Source: Limulus polyphemus
Taxonomy: Eukaryota
Direction of reading: 5' to 3'
DNA: 51,354 nt
Assembly (NCBI RefSeq): GCF_000517525.1
Contig: NW_013665974.1
Coordinates: 239,503-290,856, forward strand
Shown: one piece after another, positions 50,385-51,354 of the stretch
Layout: each line of letters opens with the position of its first letter
How positions within the stretch are numbered: the stretch's first letter is position 1
Translations under genes and position numbers: made by a program
The notes under the pieces: model-generated
What the model was told of the DNA's origin: nothing
Seen by the model: the letters and a program-made list of their open reading frames with translations, nothing else
The model's database searches: none

Positions 50385-50490
50385 ATTCATTTGTGTGTGT
50401 GTTTTTTTTTTTGCACAAAGCTACACAATGGGCTAGCTGAACTAGGATATTAGAGTTGTAAGGCAAGAGACTTACCACTGACCCACCAAG
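50385..50490 (-). mobile_element. SINE copy, a variant body subfamily, with an A-rich tail on the minus strand
   Basis: 'gtgtgtgttttttttttttgcacaaagctacacaatgggctagctgaactaggatattagagttgtaaggcaagagacttaccactgacccaccaag'. It shares 'gcacaaagctacacaatgggcta.ctg' with the other two copies, then diverges. Confidence 0.55.
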
Positions 50491-51354
50491 AGATATTCCC
50501 AAAACAATATGAAGAGAGAACACAAGCTTAAGATTTTGAAAAGACAGGCTATGCTCCAGTAAGATTGTTTTATTTTGTAAACGTGATTGGATAATGGAAT
50601 ACATTGCCATTGGCAATAGTGGAGGCTGCAGTACATTATGGGAGTTTAAGAGAGGAATGAATTACTTCCTGAAAAATAAAAGGTGCAGTTAAAGTTTTTC
50701 TTTTCTCCATGGTGGGAGTGCAAGGACAGTATTGAAGAATTAAATGGTTCTTTGTTGTCCATATGCTATATTATTTTGAAATTCTTAAAGTACTTTAACC
50801 ACTTAAGTAGCATCATTTGTGACATAACTTAGTTTCTTATCATTTACAAGATTTAAAACATTAGACTGATCATGAACTTCATGATCCCCAGCTACTATAT
50901 TGATAAAACATATGTTGCCACAAACTTATATTTGTGTTGTATTTACTTTAATACCAACATTCTTTTGAAGCTTGAAAATTGCACCTTGAGTGGTAGAAAC
51001 TGTAATATTATACGAGTTTAACAGTTTAAGAAAAGGACTGAATATTTGGAGGATCAGGACAATTTTTTTTGTTGTTGTTGAAGGATGTTGGGAGTCAGGA
51101 TATACTTGATGAATCTAGGATAAAGTCCTTTTTAATTTTAGAATAACTTTTCATTAAAAATAATATTAATTTGATAATATTGCTTATATATTATGGGACA
51201 TAAAACTAAAAATAATTAATGCTGCTCATTGAATGTACCTCTATTATAGCAAGAGCATAATAACTTAAGACCATGCGGTCTTACAAGTTACAACTATATT
51301 AACAATTTCGATGAGAGGAACCCACTTTGAGACTAATAATGCTTGGAGACGGCT

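Noticed and set aside
1-51354. A prokaryotic defence island, operon or CRISPR array, which the task prompt invites
   Set aside because: The sequence is eukaryotic. It has spliced exons with canonical GT-AG introns, SINE and LINE fragments, AT-rich introns, no gene-dense collinear ORFs, no direct-repeat/spacer architecture, and no Shine-Dalgarno-spaced starts. The only regular direct-repeat array, 11106..11605, has 100-bp units with no unique spacers.

Overview
This window is not prokaryotic. It is AT-rich nuclear genomic DNA, roughly 30% GC by eye, from a multicellular animal (metazoan), with GT-AG spliced exons separated by 0.2 to 9 kb introns. The ORF track was evidently built with bacterial-style alternative start codons, so most of its leading 'M' residues are not real ATGs. 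The dominant feature is a complete major vault protein (MVP) gene on the minus strand. I reconstructed 14 coding exons, with its CDS spanning 9260..43793 and every junction carrying a canonical splice site. Together they make a continuous 2601-nt reading frame of 866 aa plus stop. This frame is collinear end to end with vertebrate MVP as I remember it, which is about 893 aa. It has a 14-residue N-terminal extension and a much shorter C-terminal tail. The 34.5-kb gene is about 92% intron, and the introns are filled with interspersed repeats. There is an AT-rich ~2-kb repeat family, here called R1, with five copies or fragments in both orientations. There is a perfect-period 100-bp tandem array of 5 units in intron 11. 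Intron 1 holds a GC-richer ~3.6-kb block that looks like a decayed DIRS-like tyrosine-recombinase retroelement, with internal 183-bp tandem repeats and a nested SINE. Three copies of a tRNA-derived SINE with a 'GCACAAAGCTACACAATGGGCTATCTG' 3' domain are present, a family I associate from memory with chelicerate genomes; this cannot be verified here. A MITE-like element with roughly 22-bp terminal inverted repeats sits in intron 8. Upstream of MVP, 44 to 51 kb, there are two CR1/RTE-type LINE ORF2 fragments and low-complexity tracts. Downstream, 1 to 9 kb, there is a duplicated ~0.5-kb element, a TATA+Inr core-promoter-like site at the window edge, and a GC-richer stretch with unassigned ORFs. 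There is no CRISPR array, operon or defence island, and no 'undescribed system' in the prokaryotic sense. The useful content is the gene model and the repeat architecture.
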